Part shown: positions 53,801-62,429 of the stretch, piece by piece
How the letters are laid out: each line of letters starts with the position of its first letter
Numbering within the stretch: position 1 is the first letter of the stretch
Assembly (NCBI GenBank): GCA_934796165.1
Contig: CAKVOU010000007.1
Location: 27,303-91,302, forward strand
Source: an uncultured Eubacteriales bacterium
Lineage (GTDB): Bacteria; Bacillota; Clostridia; Oscillospirales; CAG-272
Length of the DNA: 64,000 bases
Direction of reading: 5' to 3'
Program-made: the position numbers and the translations under genes
Notes under the pieces: model-generated
Seen by the model: the letters and a program-made list of their open reading frames with translations, nothing else
Databases searched by the model: none
What the model was told of the DNA's origin: nothing

Positions 53801-54826
53801 GTGAAAGCCGAGCAGATGCAGATACCGATAGAAACAGAACTGCCGACCGGACAGCCGGAGCAAAACTCCGGGCAACCGGAAGCCGCCCCCGGCGTCGCCT
53901 TCTGCGACGACGACGGGAACGGCGGACCCGCCAAAAACGGCAGTCGCTCCCGTAAACCCACGTCCCCGCCGATGAGCGCGGCGGGGGACGACGATGGGAA
54001 CGGCAAACCTACCAAAAGCGGCAGTCGCTCCCGCAAGCCCACATCCCCGCCGATGAGCGCGGCGGAGGACGACGATGGGAACGGCAAACCCACCAAAAGC
54101 GGCAGTCGCTCCCGCAAGCCCACATCCCCGCCGATGAGCGCGGCGGAGGACGACGAGAACGGCAAACCCACCAAAAGCGGCAGTCGCTCCCGCAAACCCG
54201 CGTCCCTGCCGATGAGCGCGGCGGAGGACGACGATGGGAACGGCAAACCTACCAAAAGCGGCAGTCGCTCCCGCAAGCCCACATCCCCGCCGATGAGCGC
54301 GGCGGGGGACGGGACCGGGAATACAGCACCCGCGGGACCGGGTGCGGGGGGAATTGCCTCCCTGCCCCGCCCCATCCCGCGGGACTGCCGCGATCCGCTG
54401 GCGCTTGCCAGAGGCGGTCTGCTCTTCGATCTGCTTTCCCTGTATCTGGAGCACTGTTCCGGAAAACCCGGCACACCGGGAACCGGGAAAAGCAATCCGT
54501 CCGCGAAAGCGGTATCCGGCACAAGAGAAACCAAAAAAGCCGCCCCCGTCAGCCGCTTTCCCAACCTCGCGGGCTTCTGTCGGTTCCTCGGTGTCGGTAT
54601 GGCGAAGATGGAGCAGCTTGCCGCAAAGGAACCGGAAATCTACGATTCCCTCTGCGCGGTCTTCGAGGACGAAGCGCTCAATTCGGGCGTTTCCGCCTCG
54701 GTGCTGACTCCCTACTTCAAGAAGCGTCTCGGCTATGCGGAAAAGGCGCCCGCCTCCTCCGACGACGAGGATCCGGGAGGGATCCGGCTGATCTTCGACC
54801 ACGACATCTGGGAGGACGGCGCATGA
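53801..54826 (+). CDS. phage terminase small subunit with N-terminal tandem-repeat region
   Basis: GTG at 53801 with AAAGGAG upstream. C-terminal RFPNLAGFCRFLGVGMAKMEQLA...YFKKRLGY resembles Terminase_4-type TerS. Confidence 0.7.
   Translation: MKAEQMQIPIETELPTGQPEQNSGQPEAAPGVAFCDDDGNGGPAKNGSRSRKPTSPPMSAAGDDDGNGKPTKSGSRSRKPTSPPMSAAEDDDGNGKPTKSGSRSRKPTSPPMSAAEDDENGKPTKSGSRSRKPASLPMSAAEDDDGNGKPTKSGSRSRKPTSPPMSAAGDGTGNTAPAGPGAGGIASLPRPIPRDCRDPLALARGGLLFDLLSLYLEHCSGKPGTPGTGKSNPSAKAVSGTRETKKAAPVSRFPNLAGFCRFLGVGMAKMEQLAAKEPEIYDSLCAVFEDEALNSGVSASVLTPYFKKRLGYAEKAPASSDDEDPGGIRLIFDHDIWEDGA
53906..54307 (+). repeat. 5 in-frame tandem copies of an 81-bp unit (one is 78 bp)
   Basis: DDDGNGKPTKSGSRSRKPTSPPMSAAE repeated. 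CAGTCGCTCC recurs at 81, 81, 78 and 81 nt spacing. Confidence 0.9.
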
Positions 54827-54830
54827 GGGT

Positions 54831-56150
54831 ATGACACGCGAGCTTCACATTCCGGGAACCCCCAATCCGCGCCAGCTTCTCTTCTTCCGCTCCACCGCCC
54901 GTTTTACCGCCTACGGCGGGGCGCGAGGCGGGGGAAAATCCTGGGCGCTCCGGCGCAAGCTGGTCGCCCTCTGCCTCCGCTACCCCGGGATCACCTGCCT
55001 GCTTGTCCGCAGGACGCTCCCGGAGCTGCGCGCAAACCACCTTCGTCCGCTGCTCACCGAGTACGCGGAGCTTCTCTCCTATTCCGAGGAACAAAAGTGC
55101 ATTTCCTTCCCGAACGGAAGCCGCATTTACCTCGGATACTGCGCGTCGGAACGCGACGTGCTGCGCTACCAGGGTCAGGAATACGACATTATCGCCATCG
55201 ACGAGGCAACGCAACTGAGCGAATATCAGTTTTCCATTTTCAAGGCCTGTCTGCGAGGCACCGGGGACTGTCCCCGAAGAATGTATCTGACCTGTAACCC
55301 CGGCGGCGTGGGACACGCGTGGGTCAAGCGTCTGTTTGTTGACCGCGCCTTCCGCAAGGGAGAAAATCCGGACGACTACTGCTTCATCCCAGCCCGCGTT
55401 TCCGACAATCACGTTCTGACAGACGCGGACCCCGAATACGTCAAAAGCCTCGAAAGCCTGCCGCCGCGGCTGCGCGACGCGTGGCTCCTCGGACGCTGGG
55501 ACGTATTCGAGGGACAGTTTTTTCCCGAGTTTGATCCGGAGATTCACACCTGCGACCGTTCGGTGATTCCCCAATACACAAGACGCTTTGTCGCACTGGA
55601 CTACGGATTCGATATGCTCGCCGCCCTGCTTCTCGGAGTCGGCGAGGACGGGATACTGTACGTGTTGCGCGAAACCTGCGTGCCGGGACTGACAGTGGGG
55701 GAAGCGGCGATGAAGGTGGCAGAGCTTGCCCGGGGGGAGGCTTGCGAATACGCGGTCGCCTCTCCGGATTTGTGGAACCGCCGGCAGGATACGGGACGCA
55801 GCGGCTTTGAGATCATGCAGGCTTGCCCGGGGATGCCCCCGATGCGGGCAGCCGATGACCGCCGCGTGCCCGGCTGGCGGGTACTCCGCGAATTGCTCCG
55901 CGTATCGGAAGAGTCTCAAGGCAAACCCCGGCTAATGATCTCACGGGATTGCCGCGAACTCATCCGGTGCCTCCCTGCACTGCTGTTTGACCGGGAGAGG
56001 TCGGAGGACGCGTCCGGGGAACCCCACGCCGTCACCCATGCGCCGGAGGCACTCCGGTACGCGGTGATGAGCCGGAGCCAACCGCCGGCAAAGCCGCCGG
56101 CAAGACACGACTTCCGCTTCCCCTCAAAAAAAGCAGCGTATTCGTTCTGA
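54831..56150 (+). CDS. phage terminase large subunit
   Basis: Walker A YGGARGGGKSWA, Walker B-like YDIIAIDEA, and a nuclease domain with the C-terminal HAVTHAPEALRY motif. Confidence 0.9.
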   Translation: MTRELHIPGTPNPRQLLFFRSTARFTAYGGARGGGKSWALRRKLVALCLRYPGITCLLVRRTLPELRANHLRPLLTEYAELLSYSEEQKCISFPNGSRIYLGYCASERDVLRYQGQEYDIIAIDEATQLSEYQFSIFKACLRGTGDCPRRMYLTCNPGGVGHAWVKRLFVDRAFRKGENPDDYCFIPARVSDNHVLTDADPEYVKSLESLPPRLRDAWLLGRWDVFEGQFFPEFDPEIHTCDRSVIPQYTRRFVALDYGFDMLAALLLGVGEDGILYVLRETCVPGLTVGEAAMKVAELARGEACEYAVASPDLWNRRQDTGRSGFEIMQACPGMPPMRAADDRRVPGWRVLRELLRVSEESQGKPRLMISRDCRELIRCLPALLFDRERSEDASGEPHAVTHAPEALRYAVMSRSQPPAKPPARHDFRFPSKKAAYSF

Positions 56151-56513
56151 AAGTGCCGGAGAGTCCCCGGACATCCGGATGCCCCGTGCCCGCTCTCCGG
56201 CAATCTGCCCGGTAAGTTGCCCGGTTGCCCCCATCCGGACTTCTTTCCCTCGCGGGTCCATGCGGGTCCACCGGTAAGACACCCGGCAGTTGCTCTTCCT
56301 CCGCCTCCCCCAAAACACGGGACGACCCCATCCGAGAGGTCATCCTCCCGTATGTTTCTCACCTGTACGCCCGGTATACTGTCCTTAACAAACGGTACCG
56401 GCATCAGAAAAACGGCGAAGGTCTGCAATTACCGAAAGGGCGGAACGCATCCGCACAGGAAAAGAACAAAACCATCCGAACACCCACAAAAACACAAGAA
56501 CAAGGAGAAACAA

Positions 56514-58280
56514 ATGTCACATGTCACATCGGGCACGGTCTCTCCGGTCGGCGGCTCCGCCGCCGCTGAAAAAATCGTTACGGTTGCCGGCTTTGCCGGC
56601 ATCGACAAAAGAATCTGCCCCGGAGGAGAGCCGTCCGGCTCGGGACCGTCCGCCGTGGCAGATGTCAGGAACTTCCGTGTTCTTCCCGGCGGCGCGCTGG
56701 AAAAACGCAAGGGCTTCCGCTGTCTTGCCACGCTGGCGGGGCAGATCCGTGCCGCCGTCCCGCTTCTGTACAACGGCGAGGAGCATCTGATCTGCGCCAC
56801 CGCAAACGGGGTGTACGATTACTCCGAGGACCTCGGAATCCGCCGCATCACTTCCATGTCCCCGGCGGGCGACTGTACCTACTTTTACCGCGCCGCGAGC
56901 GGGCTCAGCCTGTTTATGAACGGGCAGACCTTCCGCGTTGCCGTCAACCGCATTTCGGCAAGCGCGTATCTCCCTACCTATCTGAAGGACCACGAAAGCA
57001 CACTTCCCTGTCTTGCGACCGATGTTTACGAGGATTTCAACCTTCTGACACGGTATGTCCGCATGACCTTTGCTTTCAAGACCGACACAGATCTCATCTG
57101 CCTGCCTTTTCAGCCGAAATCGGTCCGTACCCTCAAGGTCAACGGGCAGAAATGGACAGGGACCTACACCTTTGAGACCCTCAACGGATACCTGTTTATG
57201 CGCTTGTCCGCTGAGGTTGCCAAGGGAGGAACGGCGGAGCTGATCTGCGCCGCGCCGGACTCGGTCTTCGGGGAGGACGACCATCCGCTGTCCCAAGCCG
57301 GCTCGGCATTCTTTTTCAAAACCAGCGGGCTGGAGGGGCAACAGTACCTCATCCTTGCCATGCCGGACGGCGGCTGCCGTTGGAGCAACCCCATTCCGGA
57401 CGACGGGGTCGGGAGCGTGTATTTCCCCAAAGCCAACTACTTCGACCCGGTGCCGGACGGATATCCGATCACCGGATTCACCCGTCACTTTGACCGGATT
57501 CTTTGCTTTACGGAAAACGCGACCTATCAGCTTCTCCGGTTGGATCCGAGTCCGCGCTTCCGCTTCTGCAACAGCAGCATCGGATGTGTCTCGCCCAATG
57601 CAACCGCCATTGTGGAGAATGCGCCGGTCACCATCTCAGACGGAAATCTGTGCCGTTTCACCGACAACTCCGAGGAATCCGATCTGGACGATGCCGCCCC
57701 GGTATCCGGTGCCATCGGCGACCTCGGATTAGCCGGCGGAGCGTGTCTGTTCTTTGACCGCATCCGGCACGAGCTGTGGATCCGGGATATGACCTCCTCT
57801 GAGGGGCTTGTACACATTTACAACGTACAGACAAACGCCTGGTACATCTTTTCCGGCATTCCGGCAAACGGGTTCTTCCTCTTTGACAGACAGGTCGGGT
57901 ATTTCGGCGGAAAGTCCCTGTATCTCACGGACGACACCCGTTCAACGGACGAAGATACAAACGGAGACGACGTTCCGATCCACGCACTTGCCGAAACACA
58001 CTGGATGGGCTTCGGTGCCGGAAACCCCGTCCGGCGTTCCGGGACGCTTGCTCTGACCTGCCTGACCGGCGGCGGGAAGTTCACCCTTGAGGTCCTGACC
58101 GATTCCGGAGCCGATTGCAAAGCGACCGTCAGCAGGGACACGCCCTCCGCCCCGGAAGCGCCGGCGATCCTGGAATACGGCTTCAACCCCGGTCGTTTCC
58201 GCTTCTTCAAGATACGGATCACCTCCGACAGCACGGAGCACATCGGGCTTTACCGCCTTTGTGTTGCGGGAAGAAAATGA
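56514..58280 (+). CDS. 588-aa phage-module protein of unknown function (beta-rich, propeller-like by eye)
   Basis: ORF 56217..58280 trimmed to the ATG at 56514 (AAGGAGAAA upstream). No family recognised. Confidence 0.75.
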   Translation: MSHVTSGTVSPVGGSAAAEKIVTVAGFAGIDKRICPGGEPSGSGPSAVADVRNFRVLPGGALEKRKGFRCLATLAGQIRAAVPLLYNGEEHLICATANGVYDYSEDLGIRRITSMSPAGDCTYFYRAASGLSLFMNGQTFRVAVNRISASAYLPTYLKDHESTLPCLATDVYEDFNLLTRYVRMTFAFKTDTDLICLPFQPKSVRTLKVNGQKWTGTYTFETLNGYLFMRLSAEVAKGGTAELICAAPDSVFGEDDHPLSQAGSAFFFKTSGLEGQQYLILAMPDGGCRWSNPIPDDGVGSVYFPKANYFDPVPDGYPITGFTRHFDRILCFTENATYQLLRLDPSPRFRFCNSSIGCVSPNATAIVENAPVTISDGNLCRFTDNSEESDLDDAAPVSGAIGDLGLAGGACLFFDRIRHELWIRDMTSSEGLVHIYNVQTNAWYIFSGIPANGFFLFDRQVGYFGGKSLYLTDDTRSTDEDTNGDDVPIHALAETHWMGFGAGNPVRRSGTLALTCLTGGGKFTLEVLTDSGADCKATVSRDTPSAPEAPAILEYGFNPGRFRFFKIRITSDSTEHIGLYRLCVAGRK

Positions 58281-58327
58281 AAGCGGGCGTACCCGCCGCT
58301 TATCAACCGAAAGGAAAAAGATCAAAT

Positions 58328-59893
58328 ATGAAACAAACAACTACCGTTTCCTGGCGGCTGTACGATGCCGGCAGGGAATACAACAGACGGATCGGGCTGT
58401 ACGCCACGATCCGGAAAAACGAACGCTTTTACCGGGGAGATCAGTGGTACGGCACGGAGGAGGACGGACTGCCGCATCCCGTGTTCAACATTGTCCGCCG
58501 GGTGACGGATTACCTCGTTTCCTCTGTCGGCTCCGGTAATGTCAGCTTTTCGTTCGTCACGGACGATGTGATTGCCGGGAACGCGGAAGTCATCAAAGCC
58601 CGGGCGGAAGCGCTGGATGTTCTGTCGGACGCCGCGACCGATCTGTGGAAGGATTCCCGGGTAGAGCGAAGAGTTCCGGAGCTGCTTCTTGATGCCGCTC
58701 TGACCGGCGACGCCGCCGTCTACTGCCGTTGGAACGGCGACATGGGGAGTGCGGGCGGTTTCAGCGGCAACGTGGAGACCGACCGGATCGACGGTGCGAA
58801 TCTGTTTCTCGCGGATGTATCCTCCTCCGACATTCAGTCGCAGGCGTGGGTCATGCTGGCAGGACGAGCATCCGTCGGGGAGCTTCGCCGCGACGCTGCG
58901 CTTGCGGGTGTCAGCGAGGCAGACCTTTCAAGGATCCTGCCGGACGACAACCGCGACACCAAAATCGGCGACCTTGCCGACGCTCTTCCCACGGACGACT
59001 ACGCGACCTTCCTCATCCGCTTCCGGCGCGATCAGGACGGATATGTGGTCTTCCGGAAATCCACCCGTGAGGTGGACTTCCCGGAGGTGCACACCAAAAG
59101 ACGCCTTTATCCCATCGCGCTCTTCAACTGGTACCGGACGCGTGGGAGCTATCACGGCACATCGCCGGTCACGTCGTTGCTTCCGAACCAGCGTTTTCTG
59201 AATCTTGCCTACGCGCTCTGCATGAAGCATATGCGCGACACGGCGTTCTCCAAGGTGATCTACGACCAGTCGCGGATCCCCGAATGGAGCAACGAGGTCG
59301 GAGAAGCGATCGCGGCGGTCGGCGGCGGAAACATTTCCGACGCAGTGAGCGTCGTGGGAACGGGCAAGATGGCGGAGGGCTATCAGTCCTTCATCGACCG
59401 TGTGACCGAGGCGACCAAAGAAATGATGGGTGCGACAGACACGGTGCTTGGCTCCGCGGAGGCTTCCAACACAAGCGCGATCCTGGCGCTTCAGGAAGCG
59501 TCGCGTGTCTCGCTCGGGCAGGTCGTTTCCGCGTACACCAGATTCTTGGAGGAGATCGCGGAGATCTGGGCGGATCTCATCCGTTCCGCCTATCCGCCGG
59601 AGCGGCCGGTTCCGAAGCCCGACGGTTCCGGCATGGTCCGCTATGCGGATTTCTCGGTGCTTGGCGGGCTCACCGTCCATGCGCTTGCGGAGATTGCGGG
59701 CAGCGGGCGATACAGTGCATCCGAAACGGTGAATGTGCTGGACAAGCTGCTTTCGGGCGGACACATTACTGCGGTACAGTATCTGGAGCGTCTGCCGTCC
59801 GGACTGCTTGCGGGGAGAGATTCTCTTCTCGCGGAGCTGAAGGAGAGCGGAAAGGAGGGCGGCGAAAGCGATGGAAACAACGGAAATGGATGA
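58328..59893 (+). CDS. phage portal protein (SPP1 gp6-like)
   Basis: YNRRIGLYATIRKNERFYRGDQWYG...LPHPVFNIVRR. An alternative start at ATG 58277 overlaps the upstream stop. Confidence 0.8.
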   Translation: MKQTTTVSWRLYDAGREYNRRIGLYATIRKNERFYRGDQWYGTEEDGLPHPVFNIVRRVTDYLVSSVGSGNVSFSFVTDDVIAGNAEVIKARAEALDVLSDAATDLWKDSRVERRVPELLLDAALTGDAAVYCRWNGDMGSAGGFSGNVETDRIDGANLFLADVSSSDIQSQAWVMLAGRASVGELRRDAALAGVSEADLSRILPDDNRDTKIGDLADALPTDDYATFLIRFRRDQDGYVVFRKSTREVDFPEVHTKRRLYPIALFNWYRTRGSYHGTSPVTSLLPNQRFLNLAYALCMKHMRDTAFSKVIYDQSRIPEWSNEVGEAIAAVGGGNISDAVSVVGTGKMAEGYQSFIDRVTEATKEMMGATDTVLGSAEASNTSAILALQEASRVSLGQVVSAYTRFLEEIAEIWADLIRSAYPPERPVPKPDGSGMVRYADFSVLGGLTVHALAEIAGSGRYSASETVNVLDKLLSGGHITAVQYLERLPSGLLAGRDSLLAELKESGKEGGESDGNNGNG

Positions 59894-60818
59894 AATAACG
59901 GAAGTTACCGGGGTAAGCGAAGTCCCGGATGGGGATCCGGCGGCGATGCCGGCGCAAGACGGCGAGCCTGCCGGCGGGCACCCATCGGGGGCGAGCGCGG
60001 CAGAGAGCGTCCCGGCGGAAGAAACAAGCGAGGCAAACGATGGGGATCCGGCGGCGATGCCGGCGCAAGACGGCGAGCCTGCCGGCGGGCACCCATCGGG
60101 GGCGAGCGCGACAGAGAGCGTCCCGGCGGAAGAAACAAGCGAGGCAAGCGATGGGGATCCGGCGGCGGAGCCGGCGCAAGACGGCGAGCCTGCCGGCGGG
60201 CACCCATCGGGGGCGAGCGCGACTGATACCGTCGGGGTAAATGAAGTAAGCGATGCAACCGACGGGGATCCGGCGGCGATGCCGGCGCAAGACAGCGAGC
60301 CTGCCGGCGGGCACCCATCGGGGGCGAGCGCGGCTAAAGCCGTCCCGGCGGAAGAAACAAGCGAGGCAACCGATGGGGATCCGGCGGCGTACGTGACAAG
60401 CGAGGCAGCCTCCCCCGCCCCGCCGTCAGCCGAAACGCTGCTGTGCGAGATCGCGCAATTGAAGGAACGGCTTGACCGCGCGGAAAAGGAACGTTCGCGC
60501 ATCGCCGGAGAAATCGCGGAATTCCGCACCCTTTACCCCGACGTATCGCCCGACTCGCTTTCCGCGTCGGTCTGGGATGCGTTTTCCCGCGGCGTGCCGC
60601 TCGCCGCGTCCTTTGCCCTGGAGGAACGCTACCGTGCCCGTGCCGCCGAGCTTGCGAAAGCGACCAACGAGCGCAACCGGGAGAATGCGTCTCCATCCGC
60701 AGGAAGTACCGTCCCCACCGGCTTTTATTCGCCCGACGAGGTGCGTGCGATGTCCTCTCCGGAGGTCCGCACCCACTACGCGGCGATCCTCGATTCCATG
60801 AAACACTGGGATCGGTAA
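59871..60818 (+). CDS. phage scaffolding protein with acidic tandem-repeat N-terminus
   Basis: Position between portal and coat. Coiled-coil LLCEIAQLKERLDRAEKERSRIAGEI and C-terminal SPDEVRAMSSPEVRTHYAAILDSMKHW. Confidence 0.7.
   Translation: METTEMDEITEVTGVSEVPDGDPAAMPAQDGEPAGGHPSGASAAESVPAEETSEANDGDPAAMPAQDGEPAGGHPSGASATESVPAEETSEASDGDPAAEPAQDGEPAGGHPSGASATDTVGVNEVSDATDGDPAAMPAQDSEPAGGHPSGASAAKAVPAEETSEATDGDPAAYVTSEAASPAPPSAETLLCEIAQLKERLDRAEKERSRIAGEIAEFRTLYPDVSPDSLSASVWDAFSRGVPLAASFALEERYRARAAELAKATNERNRENASPSAGSTVPTGFYSPDEVRAMSSPEVRTHYAAILDSMKHWDR
59928..60389 (+). repeat. 4 in-frame tandem copies of a 111-bp unit plus a partial fifth
   Basis: DGDPAAMPAQDGEPAGGHPSGASAAESVPAEETSEAN repeated with few substitutions. 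Confidence 0.9.
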
Positions 60819-60888
60819 AAATAGATGATCAACCAACAACACCGTGACCACCACGGCAACATGATAAAATCAGAAAGGATCAAAAAAT

Positions 60889-61728
60889 ATGGCTATCACC
60901 AATTTTATTCCCACCGTCTGGAGCGAAAACCTCTATACCGCGCTTGACAAGAAGTATGTCGGCGTTGCAAACTGTAACCGCGCCTTTGAGGGCGACATCC
61001 GCGAAGCGGGCAGTGTCGTCAAGATTCTCGGCGTCGGCGATGTCACCGTATCCGACTACACCAAAAACACCGATCTGTCCTCTCCCGAGGCGCTTTCCGA
61101 TACGGTGCGCGAGCTGACCATCAATCAGGCGAAATGCTTCAACTTCCAGATCGACGACGTGGACCGCGCGCAGGCAAAGCCCCAGCTGATGAACGAAGCG
61201 ATGAAGGTCGCGGCGAACGCACTTGCGGCAACCGCAGACACGTATGTCTACTCGCTTTACGGAAGCGCCGGAACGACTGTCTCTCAGGCATCCGTCAGCG
61301 CAACCAACGTGCTTGACACGCTCATCAGCGCGCGTACCAAGCTCCTCAAGGAAGGTGTGACCGATCCCTCCGACATCGTGATCGAAGTCTCCCCCGAGGT
61401 CGCCGAGCTGATTTTCAAGGCGAAGATCACGAGCGCATCCGACAACTCCGATGTGCTGGAGAACGGCTGTATCGGCTCTGTCGGCGGATGCAAGATCTAT
61501 GTCTCCGGCAACATTGCAACGGTTGCCGACACCGCCAACAAAAAGGTGTTCCACAAGTGCTTCGCGCGTACCCGCCGCGCAATCGCGTTCGCGGAACAGC
61601 TCTCCGAGATTGAAGCATACCGCCCCGAGAAGCGTTTTGCCGACGCAGTCAAGGGTCTGCACCTCTACGGCGCAAAGGTCGTTTACCCCAAGGAACTCAT
61701 CCTGCTTGACCTCGGCTTTGCCGCGTAA
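60889..61728 (+). CDS. phage major capsid (coat) protein, P22-coat-like family
   Basis: MAITNFIPTVWSENLYTAL... N-terminus typical of this coat family. Correct position and size (279 aa). Confidence 0.8.
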   Translation: MAITNFIPTVWSENLYTALDKKYVGVANCNRAFEGDIREAGSVVKILGVGDVTVSDYTKNTDLSSPEALSDTVRELTINQAKCFNFQIDDVDRAQAKPQLMNEAMKVAANALAATADTYVYSLYGSAGTTVSQASVSATNVLDTLISARTKLLKEGVTDPSDIVIEVSPEVAELIFKAKITSASDNSDVLENGCIGSVGGCKIYVSGNIATVADTANKKVFHKCFARTRRAIAFAEQLSEIEAYRPEKRFADAVKGLHLYGAKVVYPKELILLDLGFAA

Positions 61729-61899
61729 GCATGAATAATCCGGATTCCCTGCCGCAGGTTCCGCAAAGACCGCAGTCTCCGCAGGCTCGCTGTCAAGGGA
61801 ATCCGGTCCCCCTTCGATGAAGAAAAGACCAAATCGAAGGTCCAAAACCAAGAGTAATAAACCAAAGAAAAAAGCTGAGAAAGCGGAAAGGCATGGCAC

Positions 61900-62313
61900 A
61901 TGGCACAAAAATGCAAATCCATCTTTGATAACGCCCTCCGGCTTGCGGGCGCGGGAAGCGATCCCGACCTGACGGAGGATTACGCCGAACGGATGCGGTA
62001 TCTGCTCGCCTGCTTCATCGGGGAATGCTACGGCATGGACGCCTCCTACCGTCAGCGGCTTGCGATCACGGGAGAGACCGTTCTCCCGGAAGTATTCGAC
62101 AAAGCCGTGATCGACGAAACGGAGGATTTTCCGATGAGCGTGCGGTTCGCCCCTGCGGCGGCATACTACGTCGCGTCGATGCTGGTGCTGGAGGAAAATC
62201 CGGCGCTGTCCGACCGGCTGTACACAAGATTTGAGGACGCGCTCTCGCACATCCGTGCGGGCATTCCGATGGTGATTTCGGAGATCGAGAACCGCTACCG
62301 GACGGTCGCGTAA
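61900..62313 (+). CDS. 137-aa phage head-associated protein (possible head-tail connector/adaptor)
   Basis: Last gene of the module before the terminator. No family recognised with confidence. Confidence 0.6.
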   Translation: MAQKCKSIFDNALRLAGAGSDPDLTEDYAERMRYLLACFIGECYGMDASYRQRLAITGETVLPEVFDKAVIDETEDFPMSVRFAPAAAYYVASMLVLEENPALSDRLYTRFEDALSHIRAGIPMVISEIENRYRTVA

Positions 62314-62375
62314 AAGTAAAAGTTCCGTCCCGAAGAAAACCCGGCGCGCGGAATGAAACCAAACAAAACCCAAAA

Positions 62376-62412
62376 GGGGCTTTCGCTTTCGCGACAGCCC
62401 CCGTTTGTTTTA
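62376..62412. terminator. bidirectional rho-independent terminator
   Basis: GGGGCTTTCGC/GCGACAGCCCC stem (one mismatch), with T-rich flanks on both strands. Confidence 0.7.
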
Positions 62413-62429
62413 CGGATATATTGCGGATA

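Larger units (their letters stand above)
53617..62412 (+). mobile_element. phage-derived DNA-packaging and head-morphogenesis module lacking tail, lysis, replication and integration genes
   Basis: TerS, TerL, an unknown 588-aa protein, portal, scaffold, coat and a 137-aa protein, bounded by host GT genes and the PFOR gene. A terminator lies at 62376-62412. Confidence 0.65.

Noticed and set aside
58928-62373. 533-aa and 497-aa minus-strand ORFs
   Set aside because: Antisense to the portal, scaffold, coat and 137-aa genes. The first simply reads through the 111-bp repeats.
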